This document shows positions 26,164 to 35,519 of a DNA stretch of 64,000 nucleotides, one piece after another; positions within the stretch are counted from its first letter, which is position 1, and every line of letters begins with the position of its first letter. This DNA is from an uncultured bacterium (GTDB lineage Bacteria > Krumholzibacteriota > Krumholzibacteriia > Krumholzibacteriales > Krumholzibacteriaceae): assembly GCA_963786935.1 (NCBI GenBank), contig CAWBAN010000003.1, positions 384,001 through 448,000 of the forward strand, in the 5' to 3' direction. The position numbers were made by a program, and so were the translations under genes. The notes under the pieces were generated by a model. That model searched no databases. It had not been told where the DNA came from and saw nothing but the letters and a program-made list of their open reading frames with translations.

Positions 26164-29100
26164 CTATTCCTTCCTGTCGAGCACCGAATAGACGACCGGG
26201 ATGACGATGAGCGTGAGGAGCGTCGAAACGCTCAGCCCCCCGATCACGGTGATCGCCATCGGGGCCCGGATCTCGGCTCCCTCGCCGATGCCGAGGGCCA
26301 GCGGGATGAGTCCGAGCACCGTCGTGAGCGTCGTCATGAGAATCGGCCTGAGACGCGAGCGTCCCCCCGCGATGAGCGCCTCCCGCTTCTTCATCCCGCG
26401 CTCGCGGAGCTGGTTCACGAAATCGATGAGCACGATCGCGTTGTTGACGACGATCCCCGCGAGCAGGATGAGACCGATGAAAACGACGACGCTGATCGTC
26501 GAGCCGGTGACGAGGAGCGCGAACACCGCTCCGATGAGCGCGAGCGGTATCGTGAAGAGAATCACGAACGGGTGCAGGAACGATTCGAACTGCGACGCCA
26601 TGACGAGGTAGACGAGAAATATGGCGAGAACGAGCGCGAGCATGAGCGATCGGAAGGACGCCGACATCTCGCGGTTCTGACCCGCGAGGCGTGCGGTCAC
26701 GCCGGACGGCATCGCGATCCCGGCGATGATCGCGTCGATCTCGCCGGCCGCTCCGCCGAGGTCGCCGTAGCCGAGGTTGGCCGAAACGAGCGCCACGCGT
26801 TCCTGGTCGGTTCTCCTGATCTCTCCGGGGCCCGTGTCGATGACGATGTCGGCGACGGCGTCGAGGGTCACCGGGAACGGGCTCTCCGGGTTGATGATGA
26901 GCTTGCGGATCTTTTCCACCGAGTTGCGGTCGTTCTCGGTCGCGCGGACGAGGACGTCGATCTTCCGGTCGTGCAGGGAGTAGCGCGTCGCGACGGCGCC
27001 TCGCACCTGGTCGACGACGCGCTGCGCGATCTGGTAGACGGGGAATCCGAGCGCCGCCGCGCGCTCGCGGTCGAAGCGTATCTGGATCTCCGGATGCCCG
27101 CTGCGCATGGTCGATTTCACGTCGGCGAAGCGCTTTGACGCCTCGAGCCTGCCGGCGATCTCGTTCGAGACGCGCCGGAGCTCGCCGAGATCGAATCCGT
27201 ACACCTCGATCTCGATCGGCGTCTTGAAGGTGAAGAGCGTCGGCCGCGCGAACTTGTATTGCACGTCGGGAAGATCCTGCATGTGAGCGCGGAGCGCGTT
27301 CATCGTCCGCTCCTCGTCCTCGCGGCCCGAGCCGCGGTCGAGCATGATGCTCAGCTCACCCCAGTTTTCCCCTCCCTGCTCCGGGTTCGCATCCATGCGG
27401 TTGCCCGTCCCGGCGACCGAATACAGCGTCGCAATCCCCGGCGCGTCGCTCGAAGCGTTCGTCACCTTCACGATGTTCGCGTCGGTCACCTCGAGCGGCG
27501 TTCCCGGCGGCAGGCGGAACTCGACCTTGAATTCTCCCTGCGAAAGCTGCGGAATGAGCTCGATGCCGAGCCTCGGAATGAGCGCGATCGTGGCGGCGAA
27601 GAGCGCGAGCGCGATCCCGATGACCCGCGCCTTATGATCGAGGGCCCAGCCGATGAGGAGCTCGTACCGGTCCTCGACGCGATCGTACGCCCGCTGGAAG
27701 CTCCGGAGGGCCGGATTGAGCGCCCTGCGGATCCCGTGCCCGGCGCCTCCGCCGATCCTGCTCCAGAGCCTCGTCCAGAACACGGGGATCGTGGTGAACA
27801 TGGCGTTCCGCATGCGCCGGGCGAATCTTCCGCCGCGCCCCGCGGGCTCCGGCGGAGCCGATCGCGGCGCGACCGTCGCGCCGGAGGACGCCTGGAGGGA
27901 AGCGAGCATCGGAATGAGGGTGAGGGCCACGGCGAGAGAGGCGAGGAGCGAGAAGGTCACCGTGAGCGCCTGATCCCTGAAGAGCTGTCCGGAGATTCCC
28001 TTGACGAACACGAGCGGCAGGAAGACGGCGACGGTCGTGAGCGTGGAGGCGATCACGGCGCGGGAGACCTCGCTCGCCCCGTCCCGCACCGCGCTCGCCG
28101 CGTCCTTTCCCTGCTCGCGATGCCGCGAGATATTTTCGAGCACGACGATCGAGTTGTCGACGAGCATGCCGATCCCGAGCGCGATGCCGCCGAGCGACAT
28201 GATGTTGAGCGTGAGGCTCGCGCCGAACATCATATTGAACGTCGCGATGACGGAAACGGGGATCGAGAACGAGATGATGACCGTCGCCCAGAAATTCTGC
28301 AGGAAGAAATAGAGGATGATGATGGCGAGGACGCCGCCGATCACGGCGTTCGCGATGACCTCGTTCACCGCCTGCGTGATGAACGTCGATTGGTCCGATA
28401 CCTTCACGAGGTCGGTGTTCGCGGGCAGCATCTCCCGCACGCGCTTGAGCTTCTTCTCGATCTCGCGGGCGACCGAAACGGTGTTGGCGTCCCCTTCCTT
28501 GTAGACGGCGATTTCGACCGCCTCGCGGCCGTTGAGGCGGGTGATCGCGTCGCGCTCCTTGAACCCGTGCCGCACCCGCGCGATGTCGCGCAGGTAGACG
28601 GGCTTCCCGTCCTTCGTCGCGACGATGATGTCGTCGATCTCCTCGATCGACTGGAACTGATTCAGCGTGCGGACGAGGTACTGCTGCGTTCCTTCCTCGA
28701 GCCGGCCGCCCGACAGGTTCACGTTTTCGGCGCCGATCTGCCGCGAGAGCTGCTCGATCGGCACGTTGATCTGGGCGAGACGTCCCTGATCGATGAGGAC
28801 CTGAACCTCGTCTTCGAGCCCTCCGCTCACCTTGATCGCCGCCACGCCGAGCGCCGCCTCGAGCTCCTTCTTGATCTCCTCCTCGGCGAATCGCCGGAGG
28901 GATTTGAGCTCGTCCTCGTTGAAGACGATCGAGTCGCCCGGGGCGGCGGCACGCGCGAGCCCGCCCTCCGCGGCGCCGGTATCGGCGGCCGCGGCAGCCG
29001 TTTTGCGGTAGAACCCGAATCGCATGATCGGATCGAGGGACGGATCGAAGCGCAGGATCGTGGGCCGCTGGATCTCGAGCGGAAGCTCGAGGGCGTCGAG

Positions 29101-29433
29101 CTTCTCCCGCACGTCGAGCCCCGCGTAATCCATGTTCGTCCCCCAGCCGAACTCGAGCACGACGTCCGATTGGCCCGACCGCGAGATGGAGCTCACGCGG
29201 TTCACGTTCTTGACGACGCCGAGCGCCTCCTCGATCGGCTTCGAGATGAGATTCTCGATCTCGGCCGGCGCGGCGCCGGGGTACTCGGTGCGGATCGTGA
29301 GCGTCGGATAGCTGAGCTCGGGGAGCAGGTTGATCTTGAGGCGGAAGAACGAAACGAATCCGAACAGGATGACGGCCAGGGTGAACATCGCGACCGTCAC
29401 GCGCCGCTTCACTGAAAAATCTATGATACTCAT
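26164..29433 (-). CDS. AcrB/AcrD/AcrF family RND permease subunit 1
   Basis: YPGAAPAEIE, GMLVDNSIVVLEN, MASQFES, RLRPILMTT. Confidence 0.93.
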   Translation of the reverse strand: MSIIDFSVKRRVTVAMFTLAVILFGFVSFFRLKINLLPELSYPTLTIRTEYPGAAPAEIENLISKPIEEALGVVKNVNRVSSISRSGQSDVVLEFGWGTNMDYAGLDVREKLDALELPLEIQRPTILRFDPSLDPIMRFGFYRKTAAAAADTGAAEGGLARAAAPGDSIVFNEDELKSLRRFAEEEIKKELEAALGVAAIKVSGGLEDEVQVLIDQGRLAQINVPIEQLSRQIGAENVNLSGGRLEEGTQQYLVRTLNQFQSIEEIDDIIVATKDGKPVYLRDIARVRHGFKERDAITRLNGREAVEIAVYKEGDANTVSVAREIEKKLKRVREMLPANTDLVKVSDQSTFITQAVNEVIANAVIGGVLAIIILYFFLQNFWATVIISFSIPVSVIATFNMMFGASLTLNIMSLGGIALGIGMLVDNSIVVLENISRHREQGKDAASAVRDGASEVSRAVIASTLTTVAVFLPLVFVKGISGQLFRDQALTVTFSLLASLAVALTLIPMLASLQASSGATVAPRSAPPEPAGRGGRFARRMRNAMFTTIPVFWTRLWSRIGGGAGHGIRRALNPALRSFQRAYDRVEDRYELLIGWALDHKARVIGIALALFAATIALIPRLGIELIPQLSQGEFKVEFRLPPGTPLEVTDANIVKVTNASSDAPGIATLYSVAGTGNRMDANPEQGGENWGELSIMLDRGSGREDEERTMNALRAHMQDLPDVQYKFARPTLFTFKTPIEIEVYGFDLGELRRVSNEIAGRLEASKRFADVKSTMRSGHPEIQIRFDRERAAALGFPVYQIAQRVVDQVRGAVATRYSLHDRKIDVLVRATENDRNSVEKIRKLIINPESPFPVTLDAVADIVIDTGPGEIRRTDQERVALVSANLGYGDLGGAAGEIDAIIAGIAMPSGVTARLAGQNREMSASFRSLMLALVLAIFLVYLVMASQFESFLHPFVILFTIPLALIGAVFALLVTGSTISVVVFIGLILLAGIVVNNAIVLIDFVNQLRERGMKKREALIAGGRSRLRPILMTTLTTVLGLIPLALGIGEGAEIRAPMAITVIGGLSVSTLLTLIVIPVVYSVLDRKE

Positions 29434-29458
29434 GTGCGACCGTTTCCGGTTAATGCCG

Positions 29459-30514
29459 TCATCGCCGGACGATTTGGACCCGGGCGCTGTCCTTGAGGCT
29501 CGCCTTGCCCGTCGTCACGATCGTATCCCCCGGCTGGAGGCCGGTGAGCACCTCGATCGCGGTCGTGTTCACGTAGCCGGTCGTGACGAGCTGGCGGTAC
29601 GCAATCGAATCGCGAACGACGAAAACGGCGTTTTCCCGGTCCTCGGATATGATCGCGTCCTTCGGCGCCGTCAGCACGTTCTCGTGAACGTCGTAGATGA
29701 TGTTGATCCGGGCGAACATCCCGGGCTTGAGGCGCCTCGACGGGTCGCGCACCTCGACGGTCACCTTGACCGTTCCGGTCGCGGGATCGATCACGGGGCT
29801 GATCCGCTTGATCCGTCCGGTGAACGGATCGGTCGAGCTCGCGTCCACGATGAGCTTCGCGGCGAGCCCGGGCCGGAGCTTGCCGAGCTGCCGCTCGGGC
29901 ACGTGCAGGATCGCGATGAGGGGATCGAGCCCGGCCACGCGGAAGACGGACTGATTCGGGAGCACCATGTTTCCGACCTTGATGAGCCGCTCCGCGACGA
30001 CGCCGCTGATCGGCGTGCGGATCGCCGTATACTTGTACTCCAGCTCGGCGAGGTCGTAGGCCGCTTTCTGGCTCTCGTAGTCGTACTTGCTCTGCTGGAA
30101 CATCTCGGTGCTGATGAGGCTCTGCTTGTGCAGGTCGACGTTCCGCTCGTAGCTGTTCTTGAGCTTGTCGAGCACGGACTTCGCCTGGGCGAGCTGCACC
30201 GCGATCTTCTCGTCGTCGAGCTTGGCCAGCACGTCCCCTTCCTTCACGTACTGCCCTTCCTCGACCAGGATCTCCTTGACGACTCCGCCGACTTTGGCGA
30301 CCACGCCGGTCTCTTCCTCGGCGCCAATCGTGGCGGTCCCGGTGAAGTAAGCCGATATGGTGCCTTTCGTTACGGCGGCCACCTCCACCGGCACGACGAC
30401 CTTGTCGTCCTTCTTCCCGTCGGTCCCGGCGTGCCCCTTCTTGCCGCAGCCGAGGCCTCCGGCGGCGGCTGCAAGGGTCACGAAAACGATCAGCAGCAGA
30501 TATTTCTTTCTCAT
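29459..30514 (-). CDS. RND efflux membrane fusion protein (lipoprotein)
   Basis: Lipobox LGC, EGQYVKEGDVLAKLD, IRTPISGVV, IDPATGT, LKPGMF. Confidence 0.92.
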   Translation of the reverse strand: MRKKYLLLIVFVTLAAAAGGLGCGKKGHAGTDGKKDDKVVVPVEVAAVTKGTISAYFTGTATIGAEEETGVVAKVGGVVKEILVEEGQYVKEGDVLAKLDDEKIAVQLAQAKSVLDKLKNSYERNVDLHKQSLISTEMFQQSKYDYESQKAAYDLAELEYKYTAIRTPISGVVAERLIKVGNMVLPNQSVFRVAGLDPLIAILHVPERQLGKLRPGLAAKLIVDASSTDPFTGRIKRISPVIDPATGTVKVTVEVRDPSRRLKPGMFARINIIYDVHENVLTAPKDAIISEDRENAVFVVRDSIAYRQLVTTGYVNTTAIEVLTGLQPGDTIVTTGKASLKDSARVQIVRR

Positions 30515-30656
30515 GAACGATCCCCCTCGGAATAAATGACTATCAGTTATACGCGCCGACTAATATTAAGTTGCGATTACCGTCGATAATTCGACCCCGG
30601 CGCGACCCTTTTTGTTTCAGGATTCGAAGAGAGGGAAATTCCGCGCACGGAGGGCA

Positions 30657-30685
30657 TTGGTTTTGCCGCTGCCTTATGGTATAAT
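30657..30685 (+). promoter_or_regulatory. Sigma-70 promoter with extended -10
   Basis: TTGGTT-17 nt-TATAAT, with TG at 30677-30678 (TGnTATAAT). Confidence 0.55.
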
Positions 30686-30737
30686 CACTTCTTTGATAAC
30701 GGTATCACCATCACCGTCTCTGCGAAGGAGGGTCAGC

Positions 30738-31685
30738 ATGGTCTTCGGCGGTCATCTGAGAAAAGGATTGGCGGCTCTCGCCCTGCTGTTCTGTCTCGCG
30801 CCGCCCGCAGCCGCGCAGCTCAACGACCAGCTCTCGGCATATACGGGCGCGAACGCGACGGGGTATCTGCAGCCGATCGCGAACGCGATCGGCGCGAACC
30901 TCAACAGCGGCATCTTCCGGACCGCGTCGATTCCCCGGATGGCCCCGAAGATCCGGATCGAGATCGAAGTCATGAGCGTCTTCTTCGGCGACGACGACCG
31001 GACCTTCCGCGCCGTCACCGAGCGCGGATTCTCGCCGGTCACCTACGCTGACGCGCCGACCGCGGTCGGATCGACCGAAGCCGTCATCGTGGAAGGGGAC
31101 GCGGGAACGGCCTTCGCGTTTCCCGGCGGGCTCGATCTCCACTCCTTCGCGCTCGCCGCGCCGCAGATACGCGTGGGCGGCCTCTTCGGCACGGAGCTGA
31201 TCGTGAGATACTTCGCGATGAGCATCAGCGAATCGGAATCGGATGAATCGTCGAGCAACGATCTGGGCGACATCAGCCTCTTCGGCATCGGCGCGAAACA
31301 CAGCATTTCCCAGTACCTGCCGGCCCCGTTCCCCGTCGATCTCTCCGCCGGCTTCTTCTGGCAGTCGCTCGACGCCGGGGAGAACGAGCGGGGGGACCGG
31401 CTCATTTCCTCGCAGGCGCTTTCGATCGGCGTCCAGGCGAGCAAGATGGTCGCCCGGTTCGTCGAGCCGTACGCCGGGCTCTCGTACGACACGCACACGT
31501 TGGACGTCTCGTACGACAGCGAGGAGGACGGCGTGACCACGACGACCGACATCGATTTCGAGAAGGACAGCACGCTGCACCTGACGCTCGGGCTCATGCT
31601 CGAGTTTCCGGTCGCCAAGGGATTCATCGAATACAACGTCGCGGGGATGAACAGCTTTTCGTTCGGTCTCGCGCTGGGCATCTGA
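30738..31685 (+). CDS. Putative outer-membrane beta-barrel protein (DUF6588-like)
   Basis: Signal peptide, GYLQP...G.NLNSG, PQIRVG..GTELIVRY, GIGAKHSISQY, alternating beta strands ending FSFGLALGI. Confidence 0.7.
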   Translation: MVFGGHLRKGLAALALLFCLAPPAAAQLNDQLSAYTGANATGYLQPIANAIGANLNSGIFRTASIPRMAPKIRIEIEVMSVFFGDDDRTFRAVTERGFSPVTYADAPTAVGSTEAVIVEGDAGTAFAFPGGLDLHSFALAAPQIRVGGLFGTELIVRYFAMSISESESDESSSNDLGDISLFGIGAKHSISQYLPAPFPVDLSAGFFWQSLDAGENERGDRLISSQALSIGVQASKMVARFVEPYAGLSYDTHTLDVSYDSEEDGVTTTTDIDFEKDSTLHLTLGLMLEFPVAKGFIEYNVAGMNSFSFGLALGI

Positions 31686-31718
31686 CGAGGGGCTTCAAGC
31701 GATAGGAGCGTGAACCTG

Positions 31719-32339
31719 ATGAATGCAACACTGAAGAAATCCGGTCTCCTTCTCTTCCTGACCGGTCTCGTCCTGGTCGCCGTGGGCGGCTGCGTCATGG
31801 AAGACAGGGTCGTCGAGATCGTCGTGAGCGAGACGACCTGCGTCGATTTTCCCGAATATCACACCTCGGAGACGTTCGTCACCCCGGCGACGGTCGATTA
31901 CGCGCAGCAAATCAACCAGATCCTCGAGGACAACGACGTGTCGCGCGAGGATCTCGTGTCGGCGCGGCTCGTGAGCGCCACCTACGGCGTCACGAGCTTC
32001 CCGGCGCACGCCGATTGGGCGATCTCCGGCGCGGTGACCGTGCAGCGCGAGGACGTTTCGGACGGGCCGGATACGCTCTACGCGTATACGAGCCTCTCGG
32101 TCGCGGGCGCTCTCGGCAAAACGCTGCCGGCCGTTCTGAACGCCGACGGCGTCGGCGTCCTCAACAGGGCGCTTGCCGACTTCATCGCGGGGGAGAACCC
32201 GGTGCTCACCTTCGAGGTCATCAACAGCAACGTGGCTCCGACTCCGAGCACCGGCGATCCGCTCGTGTTCGAGTGGAAAGGCTGCATCGTCATCGACATC
32301 GTGGCGAAGAGCGAGGCCGAAGTCCCGGATCCGTTCTGA
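31719..32339 (+). CDS. Hypothetical lipoprotein
   Basis: Basic N-terminus, hydrophobic stretch and VGGC lipobox; acidic beta-rich body; AGGAG RBS. Confidence 0.7.
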   Translation: MNATLKKSGLLLFLTGLVLVAVGGCVMEDRVVEIVVSETTCVDFPEYHTSETFVTPATVDYAQQINQILEDNDVSREDLVSARLVSATYGVTSFPAHADWAISGAVTVQREDVSDGPDTLYAYTSLSVAGALGKTLPAVLNADGVGVLNRALADFIAGENPVLTFEVINSNVAPTPSTGDPLVFEWKGCIVIDIVAKSEAEVPDPF

Positions 32340-32346
32340 GCGGACG

Positions 32347-32375
32347 CGCCGCGAAGCCCGGTTCGCTTCGCGGCG
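32347..32375. terminator. Hairpin between convergent genes
   Basis: CGCCGCGAAGC-ccggttc-GCTTCGCGGCG, 11-bp perfect stem, no U tract. Confidence 0.5.
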
Positions 32376-32380
32376 GGACG

Positions 32381-33184
32381 CTAGAATCTCACGTCGAGGG
32401 CGAGGCCCGGACGGCCGGGCGTGAAGTCGGGGCGCAGGCTCAGTCTGTCCCCCGCGGAGCGGTGAATACGCGGGATGATATAGCCGGCGGCGCCGCCGAC
32501 GACGGCGCCGGTGATGACGTCGGTCGGGAAGTGCTTTCCCGCTTCGTAGCGCATGAATCCGACCCCCGCGGCCGCGAGGAGCGAGCCCGCCCAGATGTAC
32601 GGTCCCGCCGTCGAGCCGGGATGATAATCCCCGTACACCGTCGACAGGAACGCGGCCGAGGCGAACGCCACGGAGGCGTGCCGCGAGAAAAATGATTTCG
32701 TCGCGTCGCCCGTCGTTTTCTCGGCCGTCGGCGCCTCCGCGTTGTAGACGAACGGGCGGATGCGATCGACCGCGAGCTTCGTGATCTCCGGAAGGACGAC
32801 GGCCAGCGCCATCGTCTCTGCGTACATCATCGTGCAGGTGACCCAATCCTCGCGCACGCCCTCGTCGAGCATGAGGGCGAGGGGGGCCGCGACGACCGCT
32901 CCCAGGACGACGTCGCTCGCGTCGCTCGCGGCCTCGGAATAGTTCCAGGTCGCGCTCCGATCGAAGGGATTGACCGATTCGCGCGACAATCCCGCGATTT
33001 CCTGCTCGGTGAGCGGTTCGGGCGTCCGGTTGGCGAGAATGGCGCCGAGGCCGACGGCCGCGCTTCCCCCGGCGATCCAAGCGTCCTTCGTCCGGTCCAG
33101 CCGGTAGGGGGACGCGCCTTCCGCCCGGTCCGCGATCGCGGCGGCCGCGAGAACGATGCATGCGATTCTTCGTGTTCGATTCAT
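32381..33184 (-). CDS. PAP2 superfamily phosphatase
   Basis: C1 KLAVDRIRP, C2 SFFSRH (variant of SGH), C3 RYEAGKHFPTDV. Confidence 0.82.
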   Translation of the reverse strand: MNRTRRIACIVLAAAAIADRAEGASPYRLDRTKDAWIAGGSAAVGLGAILANRTPEPLTEQEIAGLSRESVNPFDRSATWNYSEAASDASDVVLGAVVAAPLALMLDEGVREDWVTCTMMYAETMALAVVLPEITKLAVDRIRPFVYNAEAPTAEKTTGDATKSFFSRHASVAFASAAFLSTVYGDYHPGSTAGPYIWAGSLLAAAGVGFMRYEAGKHFPTDVITGAVVGGAAGYIIPRIHRSAGDRLSLRPDFTPGRPGLALDVRF

Positions 33185-33301
33185 ACGCAGATCGCCATTA
33201 TAAACCATACGGCCCCTCGATCCACACGGGAAAAAGAAAGAATGAGCTTCCCCATAGCCTGGCTTGCGATATAATCTCGGGGCGGGAAAGGGGAAGAGCG
33301 A

Positions 33302-34264
33302 ATGAAGGGGATTCTCCTGCACGCGGCCTGTCTCGTCGTGATCATTTTCGGGGTCCGGGCCATGAGCTCGTTCCTGAGCGTCGTTCTGCTCGGGATCCTG
33401 CTCGCGTACAGCCTGAGCCCGGTGCCGATCTGGCTCATCCGAAAGCGCCTCCGGGCTCCCGCGGCCATCGCCGCCGCCGTTCTCGCCGCGATCGCGGTGG
33501 GGGCGGGGGCGATCGTGCTGGCCGGCGTCTCCATCGTGCATCTGAAAGAGCGCCTTCCGCTCTACGAGGCGCGCTGGATCGCGCTGCGGGAGAGCGTGAC
33601 GGGATTCCTCGCCGGCTACGGTGTCGAGACGAAGGACGTCTTCTCCCTCGATTTCTTCGGCCCGGAGAAGCTGCTCGGCTGGGCGAGGGCGCTCCTCCTG
33701 CAGGGTGGGCAGACCGCCGGTCAGCTCTTCCTCGTGATTCTGGTCATGATCTTCGCGCTGATCGAGATCGTCGAGATTCATCTGCGGAAAACGCGGGGAG
33801 AGCTTCCGACCGATTCCTTCGTCGGCCGTTTCAACGTGCACAGCGAGGATATCAGGTCGTACGTGTCGATCACGGGGCTCACGGGGCTCGTCGGCGCCGT
33901 TCTTTTCTACATCGCGCTGCTCGCGTTCGGCGTGGAATCGGCCGTGACGTGGGCCGCGCTTTCGTTCCTCCTCAACTTCATTCCGACCTTCGGCGCGATC
34001 TTCACCGTGGTGCCGCCCGCGCTGCTGGCGCTGCTGGCGTCCGGCTGGCTCAAGGCCGCCGGCGTCATCGTCGCGTTCACCGTCATCAATCTCCTGGTCG
34101 ACAACGTGATCAAGCCGAGGCTGATGAAGGACAGGCTGAACGTCTCGCCGCTCCTGGTCCTCGTTTCGCTGCTGTTCTGGACCTGGGTGCTCGGCCCCCT
34201 CGGGGCCATTCTCGCCGTGCCGATCACGATTACCGTCAGACGCGTGTACGGGCGAAGAGCTTGA
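33302..34264 (+). CDS. AI-2E family transporter (PerM/TqsA-like)
   Basis: LNFIPTFGA, DNVIKPRLM...NVSPL, WTWVLGPLGAILAVP. Confidence 0.88.
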   Translation: MKGILLHAACLVVIIFGVRAMSSFLSVVLLGILLAYSLSPVPIWLIRKRLRAPAAIAAAVLAAIAVGAGAIVLAGVSIVHLKERLPLYEARWIALRESVTGFLAGYGVETKDVFSLDFFGPEKLLGWARALLLQGGQTAGQLFLVILVMIFALIEIVEIHLRKTRGELPTDSFVGRFNVHSEDIRSYVSITGLTGLVGAVLFYIALLAFGVESAVTWAALSFLLNFIPTFGAIFTVVPPALLALLASGWLKAAGVIVAFTVINLLVDNVIKPRLMKDRLNVSPLLVLVSLLFWTWVLGPLGAILAVPITITVRRVYGRRA

Positions 34265-34365
34265 TGAGAATCGCCACGGGGATGATCACGATCGGGAGCG
34301 GCGCCCGCTCCGCCGGATACTTTGCCGCGTGCTCCGGAAATCTTGAATATTCTCCGTTCGGCCGC

Positions 34366-34394
34366 TTGCCATGGCGTGCCGGTTGGGGTATCGT
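34366..34394 (+). promoter_or_regulatory. Possible sigma-70 promoter of carAB
   Basis: TTGCCA-17 nt-TATCGT. Confidence 0.4.
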
Positions 34395-34436
34395 ATGACG
34401 GCTTCGGGGCGCGCGCTGGCCGGCCCGGCCGCGAAC

Positions 34437-35519
34437 ATGATGAACACGGGAAAAGCGATATATCTCGAGCTCGAGGACGGCACCGTCGCGGAAGGCGTTT
34501 CCTTCGGCGCGGAGCGCTCCGTTTCGGGGGAGGTCGTCTTCAACACGGGAATGGTCGGCTACCCCGAATCCCTCACCGATCCCTCGTACCGCGGACAGAT
34601 TCTGGTTCTCACCTATCCGCTCGTCGGCAACTACGGCGTGCCGCCGCCTGATCGCGAGGACGGCATCCTGAAATATTTCGAATCGGAGCGCGTCCAGATC
34701 GCCGGTCTCGTCGTCTCCGAGCATTGCGAGCGCTACAGCCACTGGAACGCGGTGAAGAGCCTCGGGCGCTGGCTCGTCGAGCACGACGTTCCCGCCGTGC
34801 AGGGCGTCGATACGCGGGCGCTCACGAAGCGCATCAGGGAGCGGGGGACGATGCTCGGGAGGATCGTGTGCGGCGGCGAGGTCCCCTTCGAGGATCCGAA
34901 CGGGCGGAATCTCGTCGCCGAGGTGAGCGTCGGGGAGCCCGTTGTGTACGGCGGAGGGCGCCCGCGGGTGCTCGTCGTCGACTGCGGCATGAAGAACAAT
35001 ATCGTCAGGTGTCTGCTCGGCCGCGGCGCGACCGTCATCCGCGTGCCCTGGGATTACGATTTCAACGACGGCGCGCACGAGTGGGACGGGCTCTTCCTGT
35101 CGAACGGTCCCGGGGATCCCAAAACGTGCGCCGCGACGATCGCGCACGTGCGCGAGGCGCTCGCGCGGCGGCGAAAGATCTTCGGCATCTGTCTCGGGAA
35201 CCAGCTCCTCGCCCTCGCCGCGGGCGCCGACACGTACAAGCTGAAATACGGCCACCGGTCCCAGAACCAGCCGTGCGTCGAGTGCGGCACGAAGCGGTGC
35301 AGCATCACCTCCCAGAACCACGGCTACGCCGTCGACGCGGCGACGCTGCCGGACGGCTGGCTGCCGTGGTTCGTGAACGCGAACGACGGGACGAACGAGG
35401 GGATCAGGCACGAGCGGGACCCGTTCATGGCGGTGCAGTTTCATCCGGAGGCGTGCGGCGGGCCGACCGACACCGAGTATCTCTTCGACCATTTTCTCGA
35501 GGGGTTGCGGAATGGCTGA
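34437..35519 (+). CDS. carA: Carbamoyl-phosphate synthase small (glutaminase) subunit
   Basis: GEVVFNTGMVGYPESLTDPSY, SNGPGDP, GICLG catalytic Cys, SQNHG, QFHPEA. Confidence 0.95.
   Translation: MMNTGKAIYLELEDGTVAEGVSFGAERSVSGEVVFNTGMVGYPESLTDPSYRGQILVLTYPLVGNYGVPPPDREDGILKYFESERVQIAGLVVSEHCERYSHWNAVKSLGRWLVEHDVPAVQGVDTRALTKRIRERGTMLGRIVCGGEVPFEDPNGRNLVAEVSVGEPVVYGGGRPRVLVVDCGMKNNIVRCLLGRGATVIRVPWDYDFNDGAHEWDGLFLSNGPGDPKTCAATIAHVREALARRRKIFGICLGNQLLALAAGADTYKLKYGHRSQNQPCVECGTKRCSITSQNHGYAVDAATLPDGWLPWFVNANDGTNEGIRHERDPFMAVQFHPEACGGPTDTEYLFDHFLEGLRNG

Noticed and set aside
32670..32700. PAP2 inactivation suggested by SRH instead of SGH
   Set aside because: The catalytic His and the C1/C3 motifs are retained; one substitution is not enough to call it inactive.
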